Positions 18,471-28,332 of a DNA stretch of 64,000 nucleotides are shown piece by piece. This DNA comes from an uncultured Chloroflexia bacterium (GTDB lineage: Bacteria > Chloroflexota > Limnocylindria > Limnocylindrales > CSP1-4). The notes beneath the pieces were generated by a model. It had not been told where the DNA came from and did no database searches. It saw only the letters and a list, made by a program, of their open reading frames with translations. Position numbers and translations under genes: made by a program. The stretch lies in contig CAVWJB010000003.1 in assembly GCA_963755285.1 (NCBI GenBank), positions 104,832 to 168,831 of the forward strand. Reading direction: 5' to 3'. Each line of letters opens with the position of its first letter. The stretch's first letter is position 1.

Positions 18471-19802
18471 CTAGTTTAGACGCTCTCCGGCGAGCGTCGA
18501 GATCTCGTCGGCCAGCTGGCCGACGAGCTCGGCGTCCGGCCCTTCGACCATCACCCGCAGGGCGGGCTCGGTCCCGGACGGTCGGACGAGGATCCGGCCA
18601 CTCGCTCCGAGGCGGGCGGTCGCCTGGGCCAGCGCCCGCTGGAGGACCGGGTCCCCCTCCCAGTGATCCCTGTGACGGGCCGGGACCGCGCGTTGCTGCT
18701 GCGGAAGGAGGGGGATCTCGGCGGCAAGCTCGGCGATCGGGCGGCCGCGCCGGGCGAGGACCCGGAGGACCTCGATCGCGGTGATCACGCCGTCGCCCGA
18801 CGTGCTGTGCTCGCGGACGATGACATGGCCGCTCTTCTCGCCGCCGAGGACCGCGCCCGAGACCTGCATCCCCTCGAGGATGTACTTGTCACCGACCGGC
18901 GTCCGGATGAGCTGCCCGCCGGCCGCCTCGATGACGCCCTGGAGACCGCCGTTCGAGAGGACCGACACGACGAGCCCGCCGCCGTCGAGGGCGCCCCGCC
19001 CGAGGCGGTCGAGCGCGAGCAGGCCGATCAGCTGGTCGCCGTCGACGACCCGGCCGGCCGCATCGACCGCAACGCAGCGGTCCGCGTCGCCGTCGAGCGC
19101 GAAGCCGATGTCGGCCTGGCGGTCGATGACCGCGGCGGCCAGCGAGGCCGGGGCGGTTGCCCCGCAGTCGAGGTTGATGTTGATCCCGTCGGGCTCGGCG
19201 TGGATCACCTCCACGGTCGCGCCGGTCGCCTCGAGGATCGACGGTGCGACGACGCTGCCCGAGCCGTTCGCGCAGTCGAGCACGATCCGGACGCCGGGCG
19301 CCGCGTCGCGGGCCAGGCGGATCCGGTGGTCGCGATAGCGCTCCAGGAGCGCGCCGGCGTGGATCGACCGGCCGAGATCGGCATTGCCGACGCCACCGAG
19401 ATCGCCCGACCGCCAGATGAGCTGCTCGAGCTCGTCCTCGACGTCGTCGTCGAGCTTGAGGCCGGCGGCGTCGAGGACCTTGAGCCCGTTGTCCTCGGCC
19501 GGGTTGTGCGACGCCGAAACCATGATCCCGGCGGCGAAGTCGCCCGATCCGGTGATGAACGCGAGGCCGGGCGTCGGCACGACCCCGACCCGGTGAACGT
19601 CGACCCCGAGGCTCGTCGCTCCGCTCACGATCGCGGCGACGAACATGTCGCCCGACCGCCGGGTGTCCTGGCCAACGACGATCGACCGGCCGGGTCCGGC
19701 CAGCCGCCGGGCGGTGGCCCGGCCGAGGTCGTGGGCGATGGTGGGCTTCAGATCGACGTTGGCGACACCGCGGATTCCGTCTGTCCCGAAGAGGCGGGCC
19801 AC
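18471..19802 (-). CDS. glmM: Phosphoglucosamine mutase
   Basis: 443-aa ORF MARLFGTDGIRG...SASHNPAEDNG, which contains the active-site Ser motif. Confidence 0.93.
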   Translation of the reverse strand: MARLFGTDGIRGVANVDLKPTIAHDLGRATARRLAGPGRSIVVGQDTRRSGDMFVAAIVSGATSLGVDVHRVGVVPTPGLAFITGSGDFAAGIMVSASHNPAEDNGLKVLDAAGLKLDDDVEDELEQLIWRSGDLGGVGNADLGRSIHAGALLERYRDHRIRLARDAAPGVRIVLDCANGSGSVVAPSILEATGATVEVIHAEPDGININLDCGATAPASLAAAVIDRQADIGFALDGDADRCVAVDAAGRVVDGDQLIGLLALDRLGRGALDGGGLVVSVLSNGGLQGVIEAAGGQLIRTPVGDKYILEGMQVSGAVLGGEKSGHVIVREHSTSGDGVITAIEVLRVLARRGRPIAELAAEIPLLPQQQRAVPARHRDHWEGDPVLQRALAQATARLGASGRILVRPSGTEPALRVMVEGPDAELVGQLADEISTLAGERLN

Positions 19803-19803
19803 G

Positions 19804-21064
19804 CTATGGACCGCTCGGGGATGCCGATGGACCCGGCGACGGCGGCGGCGTGACGATCGCCTCCACGGTCACGGTGATCTCCGGCGGGACTGACCGCGAC
19901 GAGCTTGACGTCGGCGGGCAGCGAGATCTTGAGCTTGACCTTGTGGATCGCCCGGGGCGAGCCCGTCGACGTCGGCCACGACGGCCAGCGTGCGCGGGTC
20001 GAGCGCGTCGAGCGCGGCCACGGTCCCGCCGACCGTCACGAGGACCGAATCGGTCGACAACCCGTAGGTCCGGTCGTCCCGTGCCCCGGACAGCACGATG
20101 CCCGCGGAGTAGGTCCGGGTCGCGACGATCGGCTCGAGGGTGATCACCACGTCGACCGAGCCGCCGGACAACGAGTCGACGCCGTCGGGCAGGTCGAGCG
20201 GGACGGTCCGGGTCAGGTCCGTGGAGGCGCCGCTGATCGACACCGGATCCGTGTCGACCTTGGCCAGGGAGGCCAGCGCGTCGGCGTCGCCCTCGACCGA
20301 GACGATCGGGGGCGAGACCGTCACGGTCTCGACCTGGAACCCGAGGCCGGGGTGCCGGTCACGATCGGGTTGACCGGCAGGCTCTTCCGTTGGAGGCCGC
20401 TGCCGACCGCGATCCGGACGTGGACGCTGGCCGGCTCGACGTCGACCGGCCCCTGGACATCGCCGCGGACGTCGACCGCCACGAGGTCGACGGTCTGGTC
20501 GACGTCGATGCCCGACGGCTGGATGACGACGCGCGCCTCGGCGGCCGTCACCAGCCGGACGATCGACTCGGGACCGGACACCGTGGCCTCGGTCGCCGAC
20601 AGCACGGGATCGCGGATGTCGAGACCGGCCGGCACCTCGCCGTGGTCGACCTGGATCGGGACCACCTTCGAGACGAGCGGATCGAGCTGGACGACGATCG
20701 ACGGTGGGTCGTAGTCGAGGATCGTCACCCGGGGATCGATCGCCTGGACGTCGACCTTGACCGTCGTGAACGGGTTGTTCGGCTGTGCGTTCGCCTGGGA
20801 CAGGTCGACGGTCGCGGTGAAGCTCGAGCTCGTCAGGCGCTGGGCGAGCTCGGCCGGGGCGAAGTAGCGGATGGTCGTGACCGACGGCAGGTTGCGCAGG
20901 AGGACCGCCGATGTCGGCAGCTTGAGCGGGACGATCGGCACGCTGCCCGTCCAGACCTGGGCGTTCTGCGACAGCACGAGACCGGCGTACAGGAACGTCG
21001 CCAGGATGATCGCGGTGAGCTTGAGCGGCCAGTTCCGGACGATGAGCTGGAGGGCGCGTCTCAT
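19804..21064 (-). CDS. cdaR: YbbR-domain protein CdaR (c-di-AMP cyclase regulator), three frame breaks
   Basis: MRRALQLIVRNWPLKLTAIILATFLY... runs 21064-20321 in one frame. It continues as FQVETVTVSPPIVSVEGD..., then HKVKLKISLPADVKLVAVSPA, then EITVTVEAIVTPPPSPGPSASPSGP* in other frames. Breaks are about 20335-20345, 19949-19958 and 19880-19888. TAG at 19804-19806 lies just before the glmM GTG. Span is 1261 nt. Confidence 0.8.
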
Positions 21065-22152
21065 CGGCGAGCTGCGGGCGCCGCCGGCGCGGGACGGGGA
21101 TCGGCATCGTGGCGATCGGGCCGCGACGTGGCCGGCGCCGGCGTGCCGTCGCCGGCCGTCGAGCCGTCCCCGGCCGACGCGGTCGCGGACGGCGAGTCGT
21201 CGGTCGGGGTCGTGCCGGTCTCGCCGTCCGCCGGCTTCGGCGCACCGTTGGTGCCGCCCTCCGGCGAGCGCAGGACCGACCGCCGCAGCCGCGCGACCTG
21301 GCCACCGGTCGGCCGGGCGACGGCGACCGAGCGAACGGCGCCGCTGCCCTTCTTGACGAGGCTGCGCCCGCTCTCACCCGGCCGGAGGAGCCCGGCCAGG
21401 GCCCGGGTCAGCTGGGCCTCGTTCAGGTTGCGCCGGATCCGCGAGCGCTCGACGAGGCTGACCTGGCCGCTCTCCTCGCTGACGACGACGACGACCGCAT
21501 CGGTATCAGCGGCGATCCCGAGCGCAGCCCGATGGCGCGTCCCCAGCCGCTCCGCCTGGACGGTCATCTCGGCCAGCGGCAGCAGCGCGCCTGCCGCGAC
21601 GATCTGCTCGCCGCGGATGATGACGGCCCCGTCGTGGAGTGCCGTTCGCGGCATGAAGATCGTGACGAGCAGATCGGCCGACAGGTCGGCGTGGAGCATG
21701 ACCCCGGTCTCGGCGAACTCCTCGAGCCCGGTCTGCCGCTCGATGACGATGAGCGCGCCGTGGTCCTGCTCGGCGAGCACGGTCGCGGCCCGGGCGATCT
21801 CGGCGGCGACGTGCTCGGCGGTCCGCTCGTCGACCGGCGAGAACAGCCACGCCATCGAACCAACCCGGCCGATCCGCTCGAGCGCACGGCGGAGCTCGGG
21901 CTGGAAGACGACGACCAGCGCGAACACGCCGACGATCGCGCCGGTCTCGAGGATCTGGCGGAGGAGCGGCAGGTTGAACAGGCGGGCCGCGGCGTAGACC
22001 GCGATCAGGACGCTGACGCCGATCACGAGGCGGACCGCCCGCGTGCCGCGAATCAGGAGGAACAGCCAGTAGATCAGGACGGCGGTGATCCCGATGTCGA
22101 CGATGGTCGAGAGACGGACCTGGTCGAGAACCGACTGGATGGCCTGCGGCAT
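21061..22152 (-). CDS. cdaA: Diadenylate cyclase CdaA (DisA_N/DAC domain, three N-terminal TM helices)
   Basis: Internal ATG at 22152 gives MPQAIQSVLDQVRLSTIVDIGITAVLIYWLF...HDGAVIIRG...GTRHRAALG...VVVSEESG. The stop overlaps the cdaR ATG (ATGA). Confidence 0.9.
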   Translation of the reverse strand: MPQAIQSVLDQVRLSTIVDIGITAVLIYWLFLLIRGTRAVRLVIGVSVLIAVYAAARLFNLPLLRQILETGAIVGVFALVVVFQPELRRALERIGRVGSMAWLFSPVDERTAEHVAAEIARAATVLAEQDHGALIVIERQTGLEEFAETGVMLHADLSADLLVTIFMPRTALHDGAVIIRGEQIVAAGALLPLAEMTVQAERLGTRHRAALGIAADTDAVVVVVSEESGQVSLVERSRIRRNLNEAQLTRALAGLLRPGESGRSLVKKGSGAVRSVAVARPTGGQVARLRRSVLRSPEGGTNGAPKPADGETGTTPTDDSPSATASAGDGSTAGDGTPAPATSRPDRHDADPRPAPAAPAARR

Positions 22153-22169
22153 CGTTGCCAGAGTGTACG

Positions 22170-23087
22170 TCAGGCCGGTGGCGTGGACAGTCGGGGGTCG
22201 TCCGGCATGCGCGCGGCCACGAGCTCGCGGAGCCTGTCGCGAGCGGGTCCGTTGTCGGTCAGCTCGACGTACCGGTCGAGGATCACGAGCTTGTCGGAAG
22301 CGGCCGTCGTCCAGCCGAGGTCGAGATCGAGCTCGGCGAGGGCGAGGTGGAGGTCTGGGTCGGACGGGGACACCGTCAGGCCGAGCTGACAGGCGTCGAG
22401 CGCGGCATCGAGCAGGCCGCCCCGGCGCAGGGCCCCGACGGCGTCGAGGATGACCTCGTGGACCACCGCCGGGTCGCCGGTCTCGACGGCGGCCTCGACG
22501 GCGATCGACAGCGCGCCCGGGTCGAGCGGAGGTGGCTCCGGCTCGGGTGGCGGCAATTCCGGGACGCTCGGGCCAGAGTCGGCGACCGGGGCCTCGAGCA
22601 GGCTGAGGGCGAGCGCCAGCTGCTCCTGCCCGCCGCGCTCGGCGGGCCAGCCCTGGAGCTCGGTCACGAGCGACTGGAGGTGGCGCCGTCGGGCTCTCGA
22701 CTCGGCCAGCTCGAGCGCGCGTCTGGCGGTGTCGCAGGCATCGGGCAGGCGGCCGTCCGCGGCCTGCGTCTCGGCCAGCAGGTCGAGGACACCGGCGGCC
22801 TCGGCCTGCCGACCGGCGGCGGAGAGTGCATCGGCCCGGCCGGCGAGGCTCGTCTCGTCGCGGGGCGCGAGCCGGAGCGCCTCGGCGAAGGCAGCCAGGG
22901 CTTCGTCGGTCCGCCCGAGCTGGAGGAGGACGCGACCCAGGCTGGAATGGGGCAGCGGGCGGTCGGGGGCGAGCGTCGCTGCCTCGGCATAGGCGGCGAC
23001 GGCCGCATCGAGCCGACCGCGGACGGCCGCGACGTGGCCGAGCCGGAGCGCGCTCTTGTAGCGCTCGTACAGCGCTTCCTCGCTCAT
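22170..23087 (-). CDS. TPR-repeat protein (305 aa)
   Basis: ATG at 23087 overlaps the argF stop (ATGA). Product shows repeated A/L-rich 34-aa-like units (ALRLGHVAAVRGRLDAAVAAYAEAATLAP...). Confidence 0.65.
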   Translation of the reverse strand: MSEEALYERYKSALRLGHVAAVRGRLDAAVAAYAEAATLAPDRPLPHSSLGRVLLQLGRTDEALAAFAEALRLAPRDETSLAGRADALSAAGRQAEAAGVLDLLAETQAADGRLPDACDTARRALELAESRARRRHLQSLVTELQGWPAERGGQEQLALALSLLEAPVADSGPSVPELPPPEPEPPPLDPGALSIAVEAAVETGDPAVVHEVILDAVGALRRGGLLDAALDACQLGLTVSPSDPDLHLALAELDLDLGWTTAASDKLVILDRYVELTDNGPARDRLRELVAARMPDDPRLSTPPA

Positions 23088-24047
23088 CGACCTCCGAGGC
23101 TTTCGGCCATGAACCCCTTCTGGACGTGGAGCCGGTTCTCGGCCTGGTCCAGGACCAGGCTGCGTGGCCCGTCGAGGATGTCCGAGCTGATCTCCTCGCC
23201 ACGATGGGCCGGCAGGCAGTGCATGACGAGGGTAGCCGGTCCGGCCGCTCCGAGGAGCCGGTCGTCGACCTGGTAGCCGGCGAATTCGGTGCGCCTGTGC
23301 GCCGCCTCGGCTTCCTGGCCCATCGAGGTCCAGGCGTCGGTGTAGATGACGTCGGCACCGCGGACCGCGGCCAGCGGATCGTCGCCGAGGATCACCCGAC
23401 CGGAGCCGCCGGCGACGCGATCGCGCCAGCTCGACGACGGCCGGGTCCGGACCGTGACCGGTCGGATGGGCGAGCCGGACCTCGAGCCCGAGCCGGGCAC
23501 CGAGGATCGCGAGCGAGTGGAACACGTTGTTGCCGTCGCCGACGAACGCGAGGACGAGACCGTCGAGCGCACCGAATCGCTCGTGCAGCGTGAACATGTC
23601 GGCAAGCGCCTGGCACGGGTGCTCGAGGTCGGTCAGGGCATTGATGACCGGGATCGTGGCCGCCGCCGCGAGCTCCTCGGCGATCGCGTGGCCAAACGTG
23701 CGGACCATGATCCCGTCGACCCAGCGATCGAGGTTCCTCGCCACGTCGGCCACGCTCTCGCGGGTGCCCAGGCCGACATCGGACGTCGCCAGGTGGACGG
23801 CGTGACCGCCGAGCTGGGTCATCCCCGCCTCGAACGTGACCCGGGTCCGCAGGCTCGGCTTCTGGAAGAGCATCGCCAGGGTCCGCCCGGCGAGCGGCGG
23901 GTCGGCGTGGCGGCGGGTCGCCCGGAACTCCGCCTTGAGCTCGGCCGACCGGCCGAAGACGAGCCCGACCTCGGCCGCGCTGAGATCGGCCGCGCTGAGC
24001 AGATCCCGCCCGCGCAGGGACACGGGCGGTTGAGCGGCGCTGTTCAT
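23084..24047 (-). CDS. argF: Ornithine carbamoyltransferase, frameshifted
   Basis: From ATG at 24047 the product reads ...MLFQKPSLRTRVTFE...HPCQALAD...VGDGNNV...AHPTGHGPDPAVVEL. The rest, RDRVAGGSGRVILGDDP...DVIYTDAWTSMGQE...HCLPAHRGEE..., is in the frame of track ORF 23084..23605. The break is about 23418-23430. Span is 964 nt (3n+1). Confidence 0.88.
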
Positions 24048-24093
24048 GACCTGACTCGAGCGGCGCAGATGGCCGTCGAGGCCAAGGCGGGTG

Positions 24094-24166
24094 CGAGGAC
24101 GCGAGCGAGCGCACTCCAACGTGCGTGAGCGAGCGCCCGGAGCGCCCAACGCCGGCATCGGCGGCC
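24094..24166 (+). repeat. Intergenic repeat element, copy A (rpsI-argF spacer)
   Basis: Sequence is cgaggacGCGAGCGAGCGCACtccaacGTGCGTGAGCGAGCGCccggagcgccCAACGCCGGCATCGGCGGCC. It aligns with copies B, C and D. Confidence 0.55.
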
Positions 24167-24179
24167 AGGTGCGCCGCGT

Positions 24180-24578
24180 CTAGCGCTTGGTGTACTGGGG
24201 GGCCTTGCGGGCGCGCTTCAAGCCGTACTTCTTGCGCTCCTTCATCCGCGGATCGCGGGTCAGGAGGCCGGCCTGGCGAAGCGGCAGCCGATTGCCCTCC
24301 GGGTCGAGCTGGAGGAGCGCGCGGGCGATGCCGTGGCGGATCGCGCCGGCCTGACCGGTCACCCCACCGCCCTCGACCTTGATCATCGCGTTGAAGCGGC
24401 CCTCGGTCCCGGTCACCCGGAACGGCATCCGGACCTCGGCCTCGTTGACCGCGTTGCCGAAGTGCTCGTCCATCGAGCGGCCGTTGACCACGATCTCACC
24501 CTCGCCGGGCAGGAGCCGGACGCGGGCGACCGCGGTCTTCCGCCGACCGGTGCCGTAGTAGAACGCTGGCGTCGTCAT
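24180..24578 (-). CDS. rpsI: 30S ribosomal protein S9
   Basis: 132-aa ORF ending in ...[17 protein letters not shown]. Confidence 0.96.
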   Translation of the reverse strand: MTTPAFYYGTGRRKTAVARVRLLPGEGEIVVNGRSMDEHFGNAVNEAEVRMPFRVTGTEGRFNAMIKVEGGGVTGQAGAIRHGIARALLQLDPEGNRLPLRQAGLLTRDPRMKERKKYGLKRARKAPQYTKR

Positions 24579-24595
24579 GAGATCAGGGCTCCTCG

Positions 24596-25027
24596 TCAGG
24601 CCAGCGGCTCGGGCCGCTGGGCCTGGTGCGGGTGGTCCGAACCGGCATAGATCTTGAGCTTGCGGAGCTGCTGGGCCCCGAGCCGGGTGTGGGGCAGCAT
24701 CCCCTTGACGGCCCGCCGGATGACCTCCTCGGGACGACGCTCGAGGAGCTGTCCGAGGGTCTCCTCCTTGTAGCCCTGGGGATGGCCGCTGTGGCGGTGG
24801 TAGATCTTCGACTCGAGCTTGTCGCGGGTGACCGTGATCCGGGCGGCGTTGAGGACGATCACGTGGTCGCCCGAGTCGAGGTTCGGGGCATAGGTCGGCT
24901 TGTGCTTGCCCTCGAGGACACGGGCGATCCGCGACGCCAGGCGACCGAGCGTCTCGTCCGCCGCGTCGACGACGTACCAGCGTCGCTCGATCTCACTCTC
25001 GCGAGGTGCATAGGTCTTGGCCGTCAT
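24596..25027 (-). CDS. rplM: 50S ribosomal protein L13
   Basis: 143-aa ORF beginning ...[21 protein letters not shown].... The ATG overlaps the truA stop (ATGA). Confidence 0.96.
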   Translation of the reverse strand: MTAKTYAPRESEIERRWYVVDAADETLGRLASRIARVLEGKHKPTYAPNLDSGDHVIVLNAARITVTRDKLESKIYHRHSGHPQGYKEETLGQLLERRPEEVIRRAVKGMLPHTRLGAQQLRKLKIYAGSDHPHQAQRPEPLA

Positions 25028-25785
25028 GGTTCTCCGTGTTCTCCGTCAACTCGCGGGGGTCGCCCGAGGACGACCCGTCGCAGACACAGGCCGTGCGGCG
25101 GAGCACTCGCTCCGTCGATGGCCGGCCGCCCGGCGTCGAGCGCCGCAGCGACCCCTGTCGCATCCAGCTTGCCGTGACCGACCTCGATGAGGACCGCCAC
25201 GATCCGCCGGACCATCCCGCGGAGGAAGGCGTCCGCCGTGACGTCGATCGTCACGACCCGACCCCTCCGCGCGACCCGGACCGCGTGAACGGTTCGGACC
25301 GGCGACCGGTTCGTCGTCCCGAAGGCGCGGAAGTCGTGCCGGCCCACCAGGACCGATCCGGCTCGTGCCATCGCGGCGACGTCGAGCGGGTCCCGCACCC
25401 CGAGCGCGTAACGCTCGCGAAGCGGGCTGCGCGGCCCGTTCCAGACGGTGTAGCGGTACTCCCGGTACCGCGCCGCATAGCGGGGATCGAACCCGTCCGG
25501 GACCCGTGACAGGCCCCCGATCGAGACGTCCGCCGGGAGGAGCGCATCGAGCGCCCGACCCAGCTCCTCGGCCTCGGCCCTGCCCCGGAAGGTGAACGCG
25601 ATCACCTGCCCGGAGGCGTGGACCCCGGCGTCGGTCCGTCCCGCCGCGTCGATCGTGCTCGATCCCGAGGGATCGAGCCGGGCGAGCGCGGCTTCGAGCT
25701 CTCCCTGGACCGTCCGCCTTCCCGGTTGCGCCTGGAAGCCGGCGAAGTCCGTTCCGTCATATTCCACCGTTGCGCGGTAGCGCAC
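25024..25785 (-). CDS. truA: tRNA pseudouridine(38-40) synthase TruA
   Basis: Product reads VRYRATVEYDGTDFAGFQAQPG...AAGRTDAGVHA.... I prefer the GTG at 25785 because the 26 upstream codons of the track ORF (to 25863) are encoded by intergenic repeat copy C. Confidence 0.85.
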   Translation of the reverse strand: MRYRATVEYDGTDFAGFQAQPGRRTVQGELEAALARLDPSGSSTIDAAGRTDAGVHASGQVIAFTFRGRAEAEELGRALDALLPADVSIGGLSRVPDGFDPRYAARYREYRYTVWNGPRSPLRERYALGVRDPLDVAAMARAGSVLVGRHDFRAFGTTNRSPVRTVHAVRVARRGRVVTIDVTADAFLRGMVRRIVAVLIEVGHGKLDATGVAAALDAGRPAIDGASAPPHGLCLRRVVLGRPPRVDGEHGEP

Positions 25786-25815
25786 CGGGGCGCCCTCTCG
25801 GGCGCTAGCGATCGA

Positions 25816-25885
25816 CGCTGATCCGGCCCACGCCGTTGTTGGCGCGTCCGCGCGCTCGCTCACGCATCTTGATGCGCTCGCTCAC
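25816..25885 (-). repeat. Intergenic repeat element, copy C (rplQ-truA spacer), inverted relative to A and B
   Basis: The reverse complement reads GTGAGCGAGCGCATcaagATGCGTGAGCGAGCGCgcggacgcgcCAACAACGGCGtGGGCCGGATCAGCG. Confidence 0.55.
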
Positions 25886-25935
25886 GTGCTCCGCGCCGCC
25901 TGGGGCTGGGCTCGGCTGACCGTCGATCGGATTCA

Positions 25936-26289
25936 TCAGACCAGTTCGATCTGAACGATTTCTGCGGCATCCCCAAGACGTGGCCCGATCCGGACGATCC
26001 GGGTGTAGCCCGAGGTCCGGTTGGCGTACTTCGGAGCGATCTCGTCGAACAGCTTGTCGACGACCAGCGGCTCGTTCGGGAACTCGGCGACGACCGCCCG
26101 GCGGGCCGCCAGGTCGTTCCGCTTGGCGATCGTGATCATCCGCTCGACCCGGCCGCGGATCTCCTTGGCCTTCGCCTCGGTCGTCTTGACCTTCTCGTAG
26201 CGCAGGACGGAGACGGTCAGGTTCTTGTAGAGCGAGCTGCGCGGGCCCTTCTTGCGCGACAGCTTGCGGCCGTCGATCCGATGCGCCAC
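25936..26289 (-). CDS. rplQ: 50S ribosomal protein L17
   Basis: 117-aa ORF MAHRIDGRKLSRKKGPRSSLYKNL.... Confidence 0.95.
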   Translation of the reverse strand: MAHRIDGRKLSRKKGPRSSLYKNLTVSVLRYEKVKTTEAKAKEIRGRVERMITIAKRNDLAARRAVVAEFPNEPLVVDKLFDEIAPKYANRTSGYTRIVRIGPRLGDAAEIVQIELV

Positions 26290-26292
26290 GAC

Positions 26293-27267
26293 TCAGACCT
26301 CCTCGGTCTCGTCGTCGGGGAACGGGTCGTCGGACAGCTCGGTGTCCGGGACCACGAAGCCACGCATCCGGAGCCGCTCCTTCATCTCATCGAGCGACTT
26401 CCGGCCGAAGTTGCGCATCCGGAGGAGGTCGTCGTCGGAGAGCTGGAGCAGCTGGCCGACCTTGACGATGTTGTTGCGCTTGAGCGAGTTGTAGGCCCGC
26501 ATCGGCAGATCGAGCTCCTCGATCGGCATGTCGAGCATGTTCGGGGGCAGCTGCGGGGCGCCACCGGGGGCGACCGCCGCCGTGGCGACCATGCCGATGT
26601 TGGCGAACAGGCCGAACTGGCGGACGAGGATGTCGGCGGCCCGGGCGAGGGCCTCCTCGGGGCCGATCGTGCCGTCGGTCTCGATCTCCATCGTCAGCTT
26701 GTCGTAGTTCGTGATCTGGCCGACCCGGGTCGGCTCGACCCAGTAGTTCACCTTGCGGACCGGGGTGAAGATCGCGTCGACCGCGATGACCCCGATCGGC
26801 AGCGCCTCCGAGCGCTCGGCGGCGAGATAGCCGACCCCGCGCTCGACCGTCAGGTCGAGCTCGATCGGGACGTCGTCCGTGTCGAGGGTCATCAGGACCT
26901 GGTCGGCGTTGATGATCTCGACGTCGGCCGACTCGGCGATGTCGGCAGCGGTGACCGCGCCGGCGCCGCTCTTGACGAGCCGGAGCTGGACCGGGTGGGT
27001 GGCGAAGCTCTTGAGGCGGAGCTTCTTCACGTTCAGGACGATCTGGGTCACGTCCTCCTTGACCCCGGGGATCGTGGAGAACTCCTGGTACACGTCGCGC
27101 AGCTGGATCGAGGTGACCGCGGCGCCTTCGAGCGACGACAGGAGGACACGCCGGAGGGCGTTGCCGAGGGTGACGCCGTAGCCGGCCGGGAGGGGACCCG
27201 CCTCGTACTTGGCGTAGGTCCCGAGCTCCTCGACGGGCTCGATCTGGGGGCTCTCGAGTTCGATCAT
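26293..27267 (-). CDS. rpoA: DNA-directed RNA polymerase subunit alpha
   Basis: 324-aa ORF with an N-terminal domain and a C-terminal domain (...ELDLPMRAYNSLKRNNI..VGQL). Confidence 0.96.
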   Translation of the reverse strand: MIELESPQIEPVEELGTYAKYEAGPLPAGYGVTLGNALRRVLLSSLEGAAVTSIQLRDVYQEFSTIPGVKEDVTQIVLNVKKLRLKSFATHPVQLRLVKSGAGAVTAADIAESADVEIINADQVLMTLDTDDVPIELDLTVERGVGYLAAERSEALPIGVIAVDAIFTPVRKVNYWVEPTRVGQITNYDKLTMEIETDGTIGPEEALARAADILVRQFGLFANIGMVATAAVAPGGAPQLPPNMLDMPIEELDLPMRAYNSLKRNNIVKVGQLLQLSDDDLLRMRNFGRKSLDEMKERLRMRGFVVPDTELSDDPFPDDETEEV

Positions 27268-27277
27268 GATCTGGGGC

Positions 27278-27904
27278 TTACCTCGAGTAGTACTCGACCA
27301 CGAGCTGCTCGTTGAGGTCGAGCGGCATCTGGTCGCGGCGGGGCTGGTCGAGAACCGTGCCGGCCAGCTTGGCGGCGTCGATGCTCAGCCAGTCCGGCGG
27401 CTGATGGGATCGGAGCGTTTCCTTGGCGACCTTGAACGGCTCGCGCTCGCGGTGCGACTCACGGACCTCGACCCGGTCGCCCGCCTTGAGCTGGAACGAC
27501 GGCACGTTGGTCGGCCGTCCGTTCACCGCGAAATGACCGTGGGCGACCAGCTGGCGGGCCGCCGCGCGGCTCGTCGCGAAGCCCATCCGGAAGACACCGT
27601 TGTCGAGCCGGAGCTCGAGCAGCCGGAGGAGGTTCTCGCCGGTGACTCCGGGTCTGGCCTCGGCCGCGTCGAAGTAGTTCTTGAACTGGCGCTCGAGGAC
27701 CGAGTAGGTCCGCCGGACCTTCTGCTTCTCACGCAGCTGGAGGCCGTAGTCGCCGACCTTGCGGCGCCGGACGCCGTGCTGGCCGGGCGGAGTCGGCCGG
27801 CGCTCGAAGGCGCACTTCTTGGAGTAGCAGCGGCTGCCCTTGAGGAACAGCTTGGCGCCCTCCCGGCGGCACAGCCGGCAGACGGATCCTGTGTAGCGAG
27901 CCAT
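27278..27904 (-). CDS. rpsD: 30S ribosomal protein S4
   Basis: 208-aa [29 protein letters not shown].... Confidence 0.96.
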   Translation of the reverse strand: MARYTGSVCRLCRREGAKLFLKGSRCYSKKCAFERRPTPPGQHGVRRRKVGDYGLQLREKQKVRRTYSVLERQFKNYFDAAEARPGVTGENLLRLLELRLDNGVFRMGFATSRAAARQLVAHGHFAVNGRPTNVPSFQLKAGDRVEVRESHREREPFKVAKETLRSHQPPDWLSIDAAKLAGTVLDQPRRDQMPLDLNEQLVVEYYSR

Positions 27905-27918
27905 CGTCTACCTCCCGC

Positions 27919-28314
27919 CTAGACCCGGCGCCGCTTCGGGGCGCGGCAGCCGTTGTGCGGGATCGGCGTGACGTCGGTGATCGCGGTGACCTCGAGCCCG
28001 GCCGACTGGAGCGACCGGATCGCCTGCTCGCGTCCGGCCCCGGGGCCCTTGACGTAGACCTCGACCGAGCGCATCCCATGCTCCATGGCCCGCCGGGCGG
28101 CGCCCTCGGCGGACAGCGCGGCGGCGTACGGCGTGCTCTTGCGCGAGCCCTTGAACCCGGCCGTGCCGGCCGAGCCCCAGCTGATCACCGCGCCACCCTG
28201 GTCGGTGATCGTGATGATCGTGTTGTTGAACGTCGCCTGGATGTGGACGTGGCCCACGGGCACGTTCTTCTTCTCGCGGCGGCGTTGCTTGGCGACACGC
28301 TTGCGTTCGGCCAT
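27919..28314 (-). CDS. rpsK: 30S ribosomal protein S11
   Basis: 131-aa ORF with ...[18 protein letters not shown].... Confidence 0.96.
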   Translation of the reverse strand: MAERKRVAKQRRREKKNVPVGHVHIQATFNNTIITITDQGGAVISWGSAGTAGFKGSRKSTPYAAALSAEGAARRAMEHGMRSVEVYVKGPGAGREQAIRSLQSAGLEVTAITDVTPIPHNGCRAPKRRRV

Positions 28315-28332
28315 GAGTCTGGTCGGAGCCCC

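Noticed and set aside
25786-25863. Longer truA start at 25863 given in the track
   Set aside because: Those 26 codons are encoded by intergenic repeat copy C and have no TruA similarity. The GTG at 25785 gives the canonical VRYRATVEYDGT N-terminus.
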